From Catajapyx aquilonaris (Eukaryota), in the NCBI GenBank assembly GCA_000934665.2, contig KZ537970.1:62001-126000 (forward strand): DNA of 64,000 nt. Direction: 5' to 3'. The position numbers were made by a program, and so were the translations under genes. Below the pieces are notes generated by a model. That model had not been told where the DNA came from and made no database searches. It saw only the letters and a list, made by a program, of their open reading frames with translations. Shown here piece after piece: positions 38,478 through 52,164 of this stretch (positions are counted from its first letter, which is position 1; each line of letters begins with the position of its first letter).

Positions 38478-41400
38478 TTAGGGGGGGGGGGGGGCAGGGT
38501 TTTCCAATAATTGCGAGGGTGTCATGTTTATTGTTATATTTGCGGCATTTATCTCACTTCAGATTGCAATAGTGTCATGGGCGTTCCATATCAATTGGTA
38601 TGAAAAGCCCATGTTCGAAATTATGTGGATCAGTATCACTAAATACGTTCATCGTTGTTATGGACTGGACGGCGAATACTGTAGCACACGTGGCTCGCAG
38701 TAATACCGCACACTAGGCCTGTAATAACAATCGATTTAGTATGAACCGATAGTGGAAATAATTGGAGGATTTAGTTGAGCCAGCCTGCATAATACCAGGG
38801 AGCAACAATAGGTGGGACAGATTCAAGGTGTGGGCCGTTAAGCTTCGGCGCCATTATCTACTCTATTATAACTGGTGGTCCATGATAAACTCGCCAAACC
38901 CCCTACGAGTGTAGGTATTTTCTATTAATTAACACGCATAATGATATTATCAAATCCCATCAGGCTTGCCATGCATGTTAGATATTTTATAACATGTTAA
39001 AATACAGCTCTTGTACTTAGATTATGATCTGTAAAGGGTAGCAGTTCCCTTGGGATGTAAAATAATACAACATTAGCAGTTCGGATGGCTGAACTGAATT
39101 ATTCGGTGTATGAACATATAGAGAGAATTTAAGGTGAATGTAGCTTAAAGCTTAGCCAGTGCACACGGTGAATTCGTAATTAATCCCGCGCGATCGAAAA
39201 TGTGCCTCTGGGTAGTTGAGCACGGACCAGTGAGGTACAATAAGTTACAGTTGTCGCTTGAATTGTTCTCATCCGGAAGCCTTTGTTCGGCATCATACTG
39301 TAGTCAGAGCCGCAACTATCCAGACAACAACTGACTGTACCAATAACCCCAAGCGAGTGCCAGCTTCCGAGTTTCCAGGCCGAATCCCAGGAGATTAATT
39401 AATCCGGCCAAGATGTGGTCCCAAGGAATCCCATCGGTGCAGGCTCCCAATTTGTTGTCGTCGACATCGCGGCGGGACTTTGGACATGCAAGAGACAGCA
39501 GTGCGGATTCCCCACTTCCAATGAAGGCTTCTCCCTCATTAATAAACACAGCCCGTGAGAAAACACAAGAGCGCGGAATCCACGTAAACTGCTGCGGTGA
39601 TTTCCCACCTCCTTTTCTTTCAGAGCCGACATGATATGGATGGCCGTTCTCTGGAATCTAGCCAAGGTGGGCTCTGGGGTCGGATGGACTATGGAGGCTA
39701 TTCCTCCTCTTAAGCCTCTCCAAGCGAGAGCCGCTTGTCAGAAGAAAACATCTCTTTGTTTGTGAGGTCGGGAGGGGAAAGGACTTTGGTCACTCTTGAT
39801 GCTGACTGATGCTTGCGTGTTTATCATCCCTCTTTTCTCGACGAAAACAAGCTCTGATTCAATGGAGAGGAAAGGGATCCGCCATCCGATAACCTCGAGG
39901 ATTCATGGTCCTCTGGTGGTAGTTACCATCGAAATGGTGACCTCTCGAATCATTGCTTCACCGCAACACGACCATTTTTTTTATAACACTGCAGGATCAA
40001 AGAACAAAAAAGCTGCCACATCGTTGACGTACTGTATTTAATGACGCATATGATAACATTTGGCGGAGACACTTGTACGTTGCATAACCCGCCAGTTTAT
40101 GACGCAGTTGCAAATGATTTCCCGTTGTTCATTAGGGACTAAAGGACTAACCCCCACGACAGGCTGACATAAATGGCCGTGAAAATTCTTGTCACCAGAA
40201 AGCAGGTCTCCCAGTGGGCTCTAGGCACCAGTCGGCACCAAGTTTGCGGGTGGGTGAGCACCATTCACAAGCCCCCTGTGACATGGCCCCCATGCCCTTA
40301 ACTTCTGTCTGGGCTTGGAGTGTTGCCTTTTGGAGAACATTCCAGCGAGATACAGCCCCAGCCAGTGGCTTTGTCAACACCAGCATGGCGACTGTCCTAC
40401 TCGATGTCATCCGCTGCACAAACTTTCTCTCCAAATAAAAAGAGGGGGGAGAGAGCTGTGGGGGGTTCTCACATATTCAATAACCCAGCTCCCCCTCAAA
40501 TGCTGAATATTCAAGTCGATTTCCATACCGTAATATGGCGACCAAACCCCTCCCAACCTCAAAGTACATGGTTTATGGAAATTCGCAGAAGAGAAGGATT
40601 ATCCATGACCCCATTTTGCGGGGACGACAAGCCACCAGACTCTTTCCCACATGAGGTAGCACTTTCAATTAATAAGTGTTGATATGTTCCAAATGTAAGT
40701 TGTGCAGGATCGCGACTGAAAAGCCTGACACATCGCTCGAAACAAGACCACTGCGTTTAAAAAGGATTACAGGAAAATTAAGCATGCGGTACTATTGAGC
40801 TATAATTATCTGCCAGCAAACAAGGACGCTCCATTTATGCCCCGTAATTGAACGTCAATGTACGTGAATGTTATATTAAATTCGACGCAATTTTGCTCGA
40901 AAAGATAATCAATAAATATCGCATGCTCATCCATCCGCATTCATAGTTTGAGCCGGGGACCACTAAAATCCTCCTGCGCCAATTGGTCACATCAGCAATC
41001 ACATGGTGGTGCAAAAAAAACACACACACCGAAATGTCCTCATGAAACTGGTCTTTCGGCGCAATGACTCTTGAACTGGAGCAAACTCTCTGACAAGCCA
41101 ATCAAAAAAATATAAGGAGTGACCTCCAGAAAAAAAGACCTGGCCTGCCCACCTTCTTATTCCAGAACCTCGAAAAGAGATATCTCTCTTCTATTCCCAA
41201 GCTCCGGGGCTGTGTAGGGGGTAGAGGCCCGGATTCGATCTGGGTCCCGGATATTTGGCAACGTGCCACGAATGAAGGCGGATCCAGTGGAGGAAAGGAG
41301 GTCGTCGGCGGTGGTTTTGCTCCCGTCTGCCCTGAAAAATGGCTTGCAAGTCCTCTTTGTAAGGAAAGTAATTGTCTCTGCAGCATAAATTCCTCCGCAG

Positions 41401-44400
41401 TTCATTCATAATGCTCCACTAGTTCTTTGGCGGATGTAAACATCACCATACTGTCTTTTTTTCAACTTGTCAGATGCCATGCTACAGGATTCGGTTTTGG
41501 TTCGGATAGTAATACTTCCCCTCATTATTTTCCCACGGGGTTTTCTATAGACCCGTCGTTAAAGCAGGGTAACATGAATAATGTCTTTTTAATATGTTCT
41601 TGACTTAAGGTGGGAAGTGCGGAATAATAAATTATGCCACGTAAAGTTTAATAACATTTGGTTCGGAACTACAGGGTACGTAGGGTTGCCCCTGAGAATT
41701 TTTAATTACTTCACTTTGACTGGCACTGTAAGTAATTGAAGACTCTTACGTTCTCAGCTTCTGGACCATGGGGAAAGAGCCATCACCTTCAGGCTACGTA
41801 AGTAATGTGATCAAATTGCGCTGTTCAGACATTAACACGTACACTACAAATCTTATTCCCCAAAAAGACAGCCTTGTAACGGGGTATGAAATAAATCAAC
41901 GAATACACTAGAAACAACAAAGAGGTCATTGTTCGACACTACGTTTATTGCCATTAGAAAGTAACTATTCCAGAAATTGGCGCCCAATCCACAAGGGCAA
42001 TAATATTAAGCCGCACAGCCTTTTACGACAAAATTGTCGAGCAGTTATTCGTGCCGCACGGATAATTTTCTCCGCCAGTAAATCAAAGTTGGTGAGAGTC
42101 GTCGGAATGTAATCTTAGGAACCGATTCGGTGTAGTAAAAGAAAGTTCTCGCAGCTCCCATCCTCGCCTTATTTTCGACTGTTGCATTCAACAGACAGGT
42201 TCAGAATTCAATTACAGGACGCACCCTACTGACGACCAAGATTAAGTGAGGAAAAGCGCAGCTTTTCCCGTGACATTTCAAGGAGAGAAGCTTGCAAGAA
42301 GAAAGAAAAAAAGCTGTATAAATCTGAAGGGAAAAGCTGATTTTCCAAAATACTAACTCCCTGCAAACTCCTTGCAAGATGAGTGAATTTGCAACTTTCC
42401 TTCCGCCATATCGCGTCTGGATTTAATTTATTGCAGATGCAAGCAGACATGTCTCCTTCCCACTGACACGACCGAAACTGAGTCCTGACGTGCAATATCT
42501 TTGCCCAAATTCCTCCCTCAAAATGTGTCATTCGGCTTGAAGTAAAATGACGATTATTTTTTATCCCCGGAGCTCTGTTGTTGTCGTTGTGAGTCGAGGC
42601 ACACGTGTTTCAACCCATCCATCGTGGCTTGTTCTCGTGTTCAGGTGGCATCCACGTCAACGTTTTTTCCCCCCATCCCACCATCATTATGTAAAATGTC
42701 AGCCTGTAGTGGCAAATACGTAGGTGCTCGTTTTGAGTGCTCAAACGCGGTGGTCTTTTGTTTGGACAAGCTGTAAGCCCCTGAAAACTGCTACACATTG
42801 CCCTTGACTGGGTAGAAATCGATGATCCAGTTTCTCGCAAAAAGAACCCGTACTGGTCATCATCCAAACGGAAGGATTTATACTGGCGCAATGAAAAATT
42901 CATTCCTGAGAGAAAGAAACGTGAGCAGACCATCGCTCAACGAGAGTCCTCCGAGCTTGTGGACGCATCCGCAGGACTGAGTAAAGGAGGAAAAATAGGA
43001 GGAGTGGGCAAAAGAAGCCGCTGCCTCTCAACTGTCTGCGGATCTGCTACTTCAAAGCTTCACAAGTTGCTCTGTACTGCAGGTAATTGCAGAAGAGCCT
43101 CCCTGAATTCCTCCCTCGCCAAAAGACCAGAACCCTCTGCCCCGAGACTTTGATCTTAGTGTTCACTCAGCAGAAACAAGGATGCAGGTTGCATCTCTCA
43201 TGCACATAGCGGTTACATCATCCTCCAAAAGTGATGCTAAATGTACACATAACGTTGGCTGTCTCACGTAAGGAAAGTCCTAATGAGATTAACCTTAGGT
43301 TTGGATTTGGACAGTTTATTTGAAGGGCTCTGGAGAAAAACATGTTAACTGCCACTGGCGGTTAACATATTTTTAAAGTAGGACCAACATTATAAAAATG
43401 CTCAAAATTCAATAAAGGGCAGTTCATGCCGTGCATATGTAGTTGTGTACAATACCAGTTTCAAAATCCATCATTTTTGGGCCCAACCTTCCAACAATGT
43501 TTCAGTAGGCTCACGATGAATAATGATGTCCCGTCGCAAGCATTTCCCTTGTTTGCCAGCAATGTGCAAGGAACGAGCACAATCCAGGCATTTGTTTGCC
43601 TAATCCAAAATCAAGTAGAAGGGGGGGCCCCTGGAAACGTGCGCAGAATTTCGGCTTGTATACGGCAAGGGAAGCGTTTCTCTCTCTGAAAAGCAGTTGT
43701 ACCTGAAGCAAACGGCCTCTACGGAGCTGTAGCAGTCGCACAGATCGTAAGACAGAAAACTCTCTGCGGGGGACTTCGCTGTTCTCGCAACTAGAAGAAG
43801 TCGGGGAAAAAAAAAGTTGGGATGGAAGAATATTTGGGAAACGTTGAAAGGAGCTATATCAGGTGGTCTGCTTTTCTGGAGAGAGGCCTGGGATTCCTTC
43901 ATTCGGGGTTTTCTGCTGCGGTGAGAGCATTACTGCGCTGGGCTGGCAAAAGAGGATTGATTCCTTTCCACTGGGACGGAGAAACGAGTATTCGACTCAC
44001 GCTTCAAGGAATTCGGCCTGCTGCTGTGCACCAACCGACCCAAATTCTGGACTTGCCTCCTTTCTCTGATATCCACAATGTAGCTGAGCAATCGTCCGGG
44101 TCTGTCGCCGCCAACTCCCTACATCCGAGGGCTGACAAAAAAAGAAACTTCATAAAAATAGTCCTGGAACGGATCGTGAACAAACAAGCTTGGTTATTTG
44201 GAAAATATCATGTTTTTGTGACTCAGAATTGATGTCTTATAAACACTTAACAGATTTTTTCCCTCCCAAATCCAAATTGTCAAAGTTGTCCAATGCAGAA
44301 GTGCAGACTTATTACAATGGGGAATGTCAGGGAAATACTGTGCAATATGCCAGATAAAACATTCTTTCCATTACTTGCGCGGTATATGAACCATGTTAAG

Positions 44401-47217
44401 TCATTATTCCGAATAATATTGCTAAGAGCCCTTTGGCATTTTCCATATAATTGCACTAAATTGTTAGCAATTTTAGGAAGATAATATGAGGCTACCCCTA
44501 CCAGTTTAATATTTCCAGACTCTTGTACAAGTCGAGCAACACTACAAAACGAGAGACATTTCAGCAAGTATTGATTTAGCCTGAATGAGAGTCAGTCACT
44601 AATGTCTCCTCAATAATGATGGCTAATTTGGAGTGGCCGCATTGGCATCAACCCGACTCCTATAGGACCCTAAACTCAATTGGAGCAGCCACGACACTAA
44701 TCCTTGGCATAAACCCCTCCCTATCCCAGGTCGTGAGAGCCATGTCGATGGAAACGAAATTCTCACTTAAACTCCCTCTTTTCAAATGACTCCAAACGTA
44801 ATCTTTTTTTCACCCTCCCATCCTCCCAACCCTCCCCTTAAACCACCGGGTCTAAAACGCAATTTGGAGGCAAAATTTGTCTCCGTGGAGAGAAACTTGT
44901 GCAAGCCAGCAGCCACTCCTGTATCTGGTAGTGGCGTCTAAGTAATGAATTCGTATTATGAAGGTGTGCGGGACAGGCTCATCCTTCTAGAGGGTTTGCA
45001 GGAGACACTCGCTCCTTGTGACTAATTAAAGGCGCCCCTACCAGATATCATGGGAGGACCCTGTTGACTTTGGACCAGGCCTCGTTTTTTTCGCCTCCAA
45101 CTCTCTCCTAAAGTGTATTCGGCCTCAAACTTTGTGCGACTCCGTGACATCTCAATTGTGCAGTATGGAAGTGATGAGCCAACTAGCGAATTTCCGGAAC
45201 CCCAGTTTACAAGGCGAGCACAGCATGTCGGATGAATCTTCGTGACTTCCATTGGCAATCTGGTGCAAAAAAAATGGGGGGAATTGCAGAAGGCAATATT
45301 CTCTCGGTAATTTCTTGTAATTAGCAGGAAACTGGAGTGGAAAGGAGTCTGAGGATTCATTATAGATGCCACTTTGTGACTCGCCATACATAACCTCGAT
45401 CATTGCATTATGTACCTTAAATTTAATGCTGCAAAGAATTACTGTCGAAGTTTCAAGGAAGTGACACTGGCATGAATTAGGCGCGTTGTAATTTTCTTGG
45501 GCGTCAATAGCGCATATTTTACCAGAGAAACAAACTTGTCCTTGTCCAGGTCTAAAATAGGTCATTTTAATTAATGCCATATTTTATGCAATATTCAATT
45601 TCAGAGTTGTTACCGTTATTACCCTGTCATGGCCTCTAGTGTCAACTGCACACGTACCACTTTGGACTGAACATGACATTTTTAAAACAATCAGTGTGGA
45701 CAGCATGTTTAAATTGCACCTGGCTTGACATGGCCATGACCTCTCAACCTTCATGCTACACTTTAACCGCATGCTAAACAAGACTCGATATGTATCAATT
45801 TCCTCATTGCAAAAAAGCCAGTGTGTGCCCAGTGCTTATACACGTTGATAATTATTGCGCTGCACATTAGCAAGATTGTTTGAGGAGGCGGATCAATATT
45901 GACAAGCTGCAGCAAACCTACATTTTTAATACCCCTGACATGATCTGGGCAATTTGACCCACCAGGCGTGTGTAGAGGCCCGACTTGCGAGGCCGTTACG
46001 TAGAATAATGCCACACACGAAATACTGTCCATTCTTTCTGATTGGGGTTAACTATTGCAGTAATTTGGTTGCACGCGTGTGCTTCTGCCCCGTAATCGAA
46101 TCCGCAGGCTGCTACAGGTTTCCAAAACCGCACCAAAAGCTCAGTTCATTACGCAACTTTATGAATTATGTCTATAGTAGACTCTGCTGGTCTGTGTCAC
46201 ATGCCTGAGGCTTCAGTACTGGCGGGATTCGCCGTGGTATTAAGTTTACTCCCGTCAAGTTTACAGAATCAATTACTGTACTTAAAAAGCGACGAAAGAA
46301 AAGTGAGCATCTTGAGGAGGATCCGTTTCGGGTAAAATAAATATTATTTTCGGGAAATGCTACCTTTAAATCAATACCGCCTGAGCCGAATATTTAACAT
46401 ATCGCTCGGATCTTGCCGTTTAATTTGCATTAGATGTCCTTTTGGTTACAAATGGCAGACATTTTAAGGTTTATCTTCGGCATTTTCCTGCCAGATACAC
46501 AGTACCTTGGCCCAGTTTCACTAGCGGCACACAAGAAATCGCCAATTTCCTTTCCGCCTTAATTGCAGCAGCATCAACATCTTCTCTTCAAATTGAGCCA
46601 ATAATTTCTCATTACTAGATGAAACGTATCGGAGCCGTACTTTCGCGACTCGCCCCACTTTGCCCTGAGGTATTGATGTCCGCAAGTTTGGCGAGGCTTG
46701 CCGAAAATTCACTTACTCGGTGTACTTAGGCTACTGGTTCACGGCGTGATACTCCAGGGAAGCCTTCGATTACCAATAATCCTTCGTGTTGACTCCATTT
46801 CACCTTCCAATATTCATAGCTGGAAGCATACCCGTAGCAAGATATTGAGTATATTGTACTTCAGGGCCCCGAGGGATGCCAAGAGAAGGCCAATCTTTTT
46901 TTTTTTTTTTAAAAAAAAACCCTACTCAATTCAACAGCTCATGCACGAGAATGATGTTCAATATATCACGGGGTTGTAAGTACAGTATATGACTGACATC
47001 GTGTTACAAAAATTTTCTCTGGTCTCAGGAGGATACGTATAGACCTGTGGACATTTTGAGTGCGATTATTCAAACTATTTACACCTGAGATTTGAAACCT
47101 AATTTGCAACTTCAGCGCAGGACACCAGCACATACTGTATAGACAAGGCCGCAACATGGAGTGGAGCATGTCGTGATATCTTGTAGTTGACCGACATATT
47201 ATGGGAAAACCCGGCAG

Positions 47218-47243
47218 ATAATAATAATAATAATAATAATAAT
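47218..47243. repeat. (ATA)n microsatellite, about 8-9 units
   Basis: ataataataataataataataataat. Confidence 0.9.
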
Positions 47244-50200
47244 TACCCGTGACATGACGTTATAGAATGCTCATTATCAGTGGTGTCAGTAATCTTCTTC
47301 GACATTACCCACTTGAAGGTCTTTTATCAAAAGTTTTCCAAGAGCAGTGAGAAATAAAGGAACATTTTTGGATATTTGGGGCTCCCACGCCTGGGTTCTG
47401 GGTACTATTCTCGGATCTGAAGAGGGATTTTCCACGTGAAAGGGAACTCAAGCTGCTACAGTTTCCTCTCACGTGCATATTAAGTGGTGGTGGTTGATAG
47501 CGATGAAGATGATGATTATGATTATAATGATGATGATGGTCGCATATTATATTTTCAAACTGTTAACCCCCGTTACATTTAGCTTATCCGCCTTAAGTTT
47601 TCGATGGCCCTTGTGGGAATATGGATGCCGTTCCTGGCAACTTTTCTCTTGCACGTTCCCTTGGTAAAATCTGGCATTCAGTGAGACAGATAGGGAATTG
47701 AATACACGGGGCAGACTCATGCTGGTTTCGTGTTTTCGAAGCTTGCTATGGGAACCGAGATGTCATGGCCGCAGCTGCTGCTCAGAACATGTGGATGGCA
47801 ACTTGCAAGTGCTGCTGTTACAGCCCCCACGCTAATTTCCGTGTCGTGCATCGCTGCTGTTGCTGTCTGTCTCGACGTTTCCATCATCTGCAACCATCTC
47901 GGCGTGCTACCGAACAGCAGAGCCGAAACAAAAGAAGGCAGGTGTGAATTATGCATGCTTTCCAGGAAGCACGGTAATGGAAAGGTCAGCCGCTGCTTTG
48001 CTCTGCACAACATGCACGCCTTTACACCCGAGTTCGGATCATTTCACTGTTTTGTGGGTTTTCCCCACCAGCAGGCCTTGGACCAAAGTGATTTCCAGGA
48101 AGAAGATAAAAGTCTCTGGAGAAAATTCGTTTTCTTTGAAGACAGGGGCCCAACCTCCTACTGCCTTACGCCTCCAAAAAGGGAGGGTGATTGATTGTCT
48201 CGAAACCAATCGCATTTGCAAATTGATTTTGCCATGCTCTTATCACTCCCTCCCAGCTCCTCACAAGCGGAATGTCATATAAATGAAAACTCAGGTTGTC
48301 GTAGTCTTCCCTTGACACTTTTTACCTCCTGTCAAACCCGATTTTTTCTATGGGCCCGGGCCTTGTATCGAAAGGAATTTTAGTGTACTGCTGGTAGAAA
48401 TCCTAGTAAAAAAATTGTATAGGGCAGATGCTAGTGCTGCAACATCCTCCGCAGACCCCTGGGAAGCGGGGGTGGCAAAAGGGGCGGAGGACCGGAAAGG
48501 AACCCCCTCCATTCGCCCCCCACCCCACGATCAATAGATTACAACGACGAAATTCCCACCCTCAACCCCCAAAAATTTCTACCCTTCAACATCAGGTAGT
48601 GGTCGAATAGTATCATCACCTGACACGACCCTTTGTTTCCAAACCCCGGCATCACTGTCCGTTGCATTTTTCGCAATCCTTTTCGTCAGCTGGGACACGA
48701 AACGTGAACGGAATTGGCCCTTGAGCTAGGAGAAAATCAAAACTTGATTTACGCCTAATGTAATTGGCACGACCCGTCAGGTCTGCTTTGCCTCAGCTAT
48801 TCGGCATTCCAATCCGATAGGAGCTTGTTGCTACAATAGCGTCATTATTCGCCTATTTTTCTCTCCCAGTTCTTTCCATCGTTAGTGAAATTGACGATGC
48901 AATGTGCAGCTCGCAGATTGGTTACTTCGTTAGAAAACTCGACTCCTTATATTCGAGGGTTTATGGGCACTGTTCCAACAGGTCGATGCAGGCCAATGCC
49001 TGGCTGAGGGAAAATAAATGATCTCTGACCTTTAGGCGCGTGTCACTTTAAAGTTTTACCGAGTCTGGTTATGCCACCTGCATTATACTTGCAATGCATC
49101 ACAAAAAGACATTCATCTCCTGGTTGCAGTTAATCCCCTAGCATAATTCTCCTATAAATTAAAGGCACAGACAAGCTGGGGTATTATTCGTGATAAATTA
49201 TTTAGACATCCTGCGGGATTTTGACTACACTATCAGCCCGACTAGTGAAGCAAAAGTGAAAGCGTGGGCTATCTCCTGTAGACTCCAGGGCACAGCAGTA
49301 GTTTCTGAGAAAGTTGAGCCGGAACTCTCGTTTCTGCACCGGTCCCTCTTTCCCTGACTGTCGACAAATGCAACTTGGCAGAAACTTCGTCGTTTCGGAG
49401 GAAACATAAAATCTTTCACGGCGAGGAGAGAGGAAAAGTCCTTTCCAGGGTGGCCATTATGGTGTATTGAGCCATATGCACCAACGGACAAGGGCAGTCA
49501 AAGCACACAGATTTCCAAGAGATCATACCTTTTTATGATTGTGGACCAGCAGTAAAGACTGTTTAGACTTCGAAGCATCGCTGGCCTCCATGCCAGTGTG
49601 TATGCATTAACATTCGGGTTATGGTGAGCAACTGCTCGTATTGCGACACTGCAGGCGGGACACCCCGAAATTGCACTGACGCAACGCCTGGTGCGAAGCA
49701 ATAAAGGATAAACGTTAAGTTCATTGGAACGCAATAGGTATATCGGTCACTGGAAATGTCCAGTGCTCATAACAAAATAACCGAGAATCAGACACACTTA
49801 ACTCTAAATAGCCTAACAAATAAAATGCAAGGAAATGGAATGTTCCTTCTATAAAAAGTACAATTATTCACCATCTCTCATTAACTCCATACCCCAAAAC
49901 TTCCAACAAAACTGGTTCAAAGCACCCTAATTTAGAACCCGGGACCGCTCCTTTGATCAATCAACGTCCTTGTGATCACAACCTGGCTTCAAAGTGTGCC
50001 GGGCACACATTACCCAGTGGAATTGTACTGTCCTTGTTATGGGGTTTTACATGACACTATAAACCTCCTGGAAAGAGTTTTAAAAATACCAATTCCCTCC
50101 GTCATTTTACAGTATCGTATATCAACTACAGTATTGCTACAGAATAATTTTTGTTCATGTTAAAAAATTTAATTGCAGAACTGCTTCAAAAAGCTGTTAA

Positions 50201-52002
50201 CATGCAATGTTTCAAAACTATGACCTCCAAAAAATACTGATACCAGCAGGCAGAGAACTTTTCACTTTTACAGTCCAATATGTCTACAGATCCCATCAGA
50301 ACTACTTTATTGCAACTGTATGTTCGTCCTTGTGAGGGGCACAGATTAGGACGGGAGATAGGATTAGGTCCTCGCTGTAATTGGAAATATCCCCAACATC
50401 AGTCTTGCATTGACCAAACAACGTTGCAGAAAACGATTGTCTGAAAATGCGATTGCCGTAATCCAACCCGTGATTCTCGGAGCGAAAATCTGACTCCATG
50501 GCCCATCCTGTACAGTGTCTATACTGTATAGACTTCCTACAGCATTTGATTTATCAAATTCCGCACAGAACTGCGAATCAAAACGGAACGCGCATGGAAT
50601 GGAATTTTAATCACATGGTAGAAATCAGAATTAATTAAACCCAAGTGCACTGCATAATTTCAAAAAGACCAGAGCCAGATTGAAGATAACGCCAAGTTGC
50701 AAAAACCGACTTTATGGCAGATTTATGAATGCCCTTAACCTTAGCAAATACTTGCAATTTCCGAAGACCCCCGCATTCAAGTTTCATAAAGTCCTCTACT
50801 CTTTCCCTGCCTCTACATTGTGGCAATAAATTCAACGACAAAAACGTTCTCATGGAGAAAAAAAAGAAGGTATAAATAATAGACTGGAGTCAGCCGCTCG
50901 CCAGAGTGCATGGAGAATTTCACTCAAAGCCAAGCCCACGGCAGGTTACGCTCTAAAAATTTGGCAAGCGACGATGCTCTAAAAGGTCACTGGGATTACT
51001 GACCTCAGCTCGTTTCGAGCAGCAGGAAATGACCCGCGAACATTATAAACTTCTGGCATGCTTGTCATTTGAATTGCACAAGTTAAGCAGGGTTCTGGGT
51101 ACTATAACTCGTGGGTGTCTTCTGACTGAACAAGGTCGGAAAATTATCCGAGAGCCAATTTTTTAGAAATATGGTCGAACGTATAAAGCTGAGTTCATAC
51201 GAGCATCTTTGAGTTGTTGTGGTTGGATCTAAAGTCTGGTTTTTTGTTGACCAGGTGAAGGACGGTATTTCAATGCAGCACTTCAACGAATTGCATCGTG
51301 TCGCTTCCATTTCACTCTCTTGTAGAAATCCTTTATCGGTTTATCCCAACCCCAACGAACCAAAGACAACGACGGACGCAGTGTGGAACCAGCTCAGGTG
51401 TTTGACAAATAGTAGGTTCAGCGGCTAATCCTCCAAGTCCGGAGGTTGTTACAAGTCAGCAAACTCCAATAGGAGGAATCCTGGACTAATTCTTGGATAT
51501 ATGAAAGATCAAGCGCGTCTCGAGGACACAACCTCCGAGAGGATCCTGTGTGCACACTACTTCTCCAACCTGATGGTATGCGGAACCGGCGCATTCCATT
51601 AACGGCCCCAGATACTGGTAATTACCAAAACGGCTCGTCAGGGCAAAGTTTCCGTACAATCTGGCCTCCTCGGCAGAGCTCTTTGAGATTTGGAGCAAAG
51701 TGGCAGGAGTCCGGAGCATAATCTGCGAGAGTTTCCGGGACCCGGCGCCTCCAAGAGCTGCTGTTTATCTTCCTCTCGAGATTTACGCCAGTTAAGTTGG
51801 ATCCCGCACGATACAAACATGCTAATACGAGCCCCCCACCCTTCACGTTTTATGAATGTAAATTTCCACTTACTGTTGGACTAGGAGAGATGGAATATAA
51901 GATGGGACAGTTTTTTGCAGTAAAACAAGTAATCTTCTCCGGCCCCAAAATGCTAAGATGGAGATAATCTCTCCGGGTATCCAGTGCCGCCTATACAATC
52001 GG

Positions 52003-52164
52003 AGGGAAATCCTGGAGATTACGTGGAGGAGGAAATATGAGAAGTCTTGAAAGTACCGCAGAATAATCAATTCAAAAATGAAGCAATGTGGAGTATGAAT
52101 AAAACAAATGGCATGGGAAAGAATATTGAAAATGAAAGACGACGGAATATCATACAGACCCCAC
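52003..52164 (+). mobile_element. Possible decayed RTE-clade LINE fragment (region C-terminal to RT)
   Basis: One frame reads REILEITWRRKYEKS*KYRRIINSKMKQCGV*IKQMAWERILKMKDDGISYRPH. This loosely resembles the RTE pattern RRILGIxWxDK...(~29 aa)...LRWxGHVxRMxDxR with similar W-to-W spacing; two stop codons. Confidence 0.25.

Noticed and set aside
37913..38572. 219-aa + strand ORF
   Set aside because: Runs through the N gap and homopolymers; an artefact
41758..41797. Exon-like + strand segment (cag|...MGKEPSPSGY|gtaagt); a similar one lies at 62392-62489
   Set aside because: Isolated, with no partner exons. Such pseudo-exons arise by chance, which also tempers confidence in the minus-strand micro-exons.
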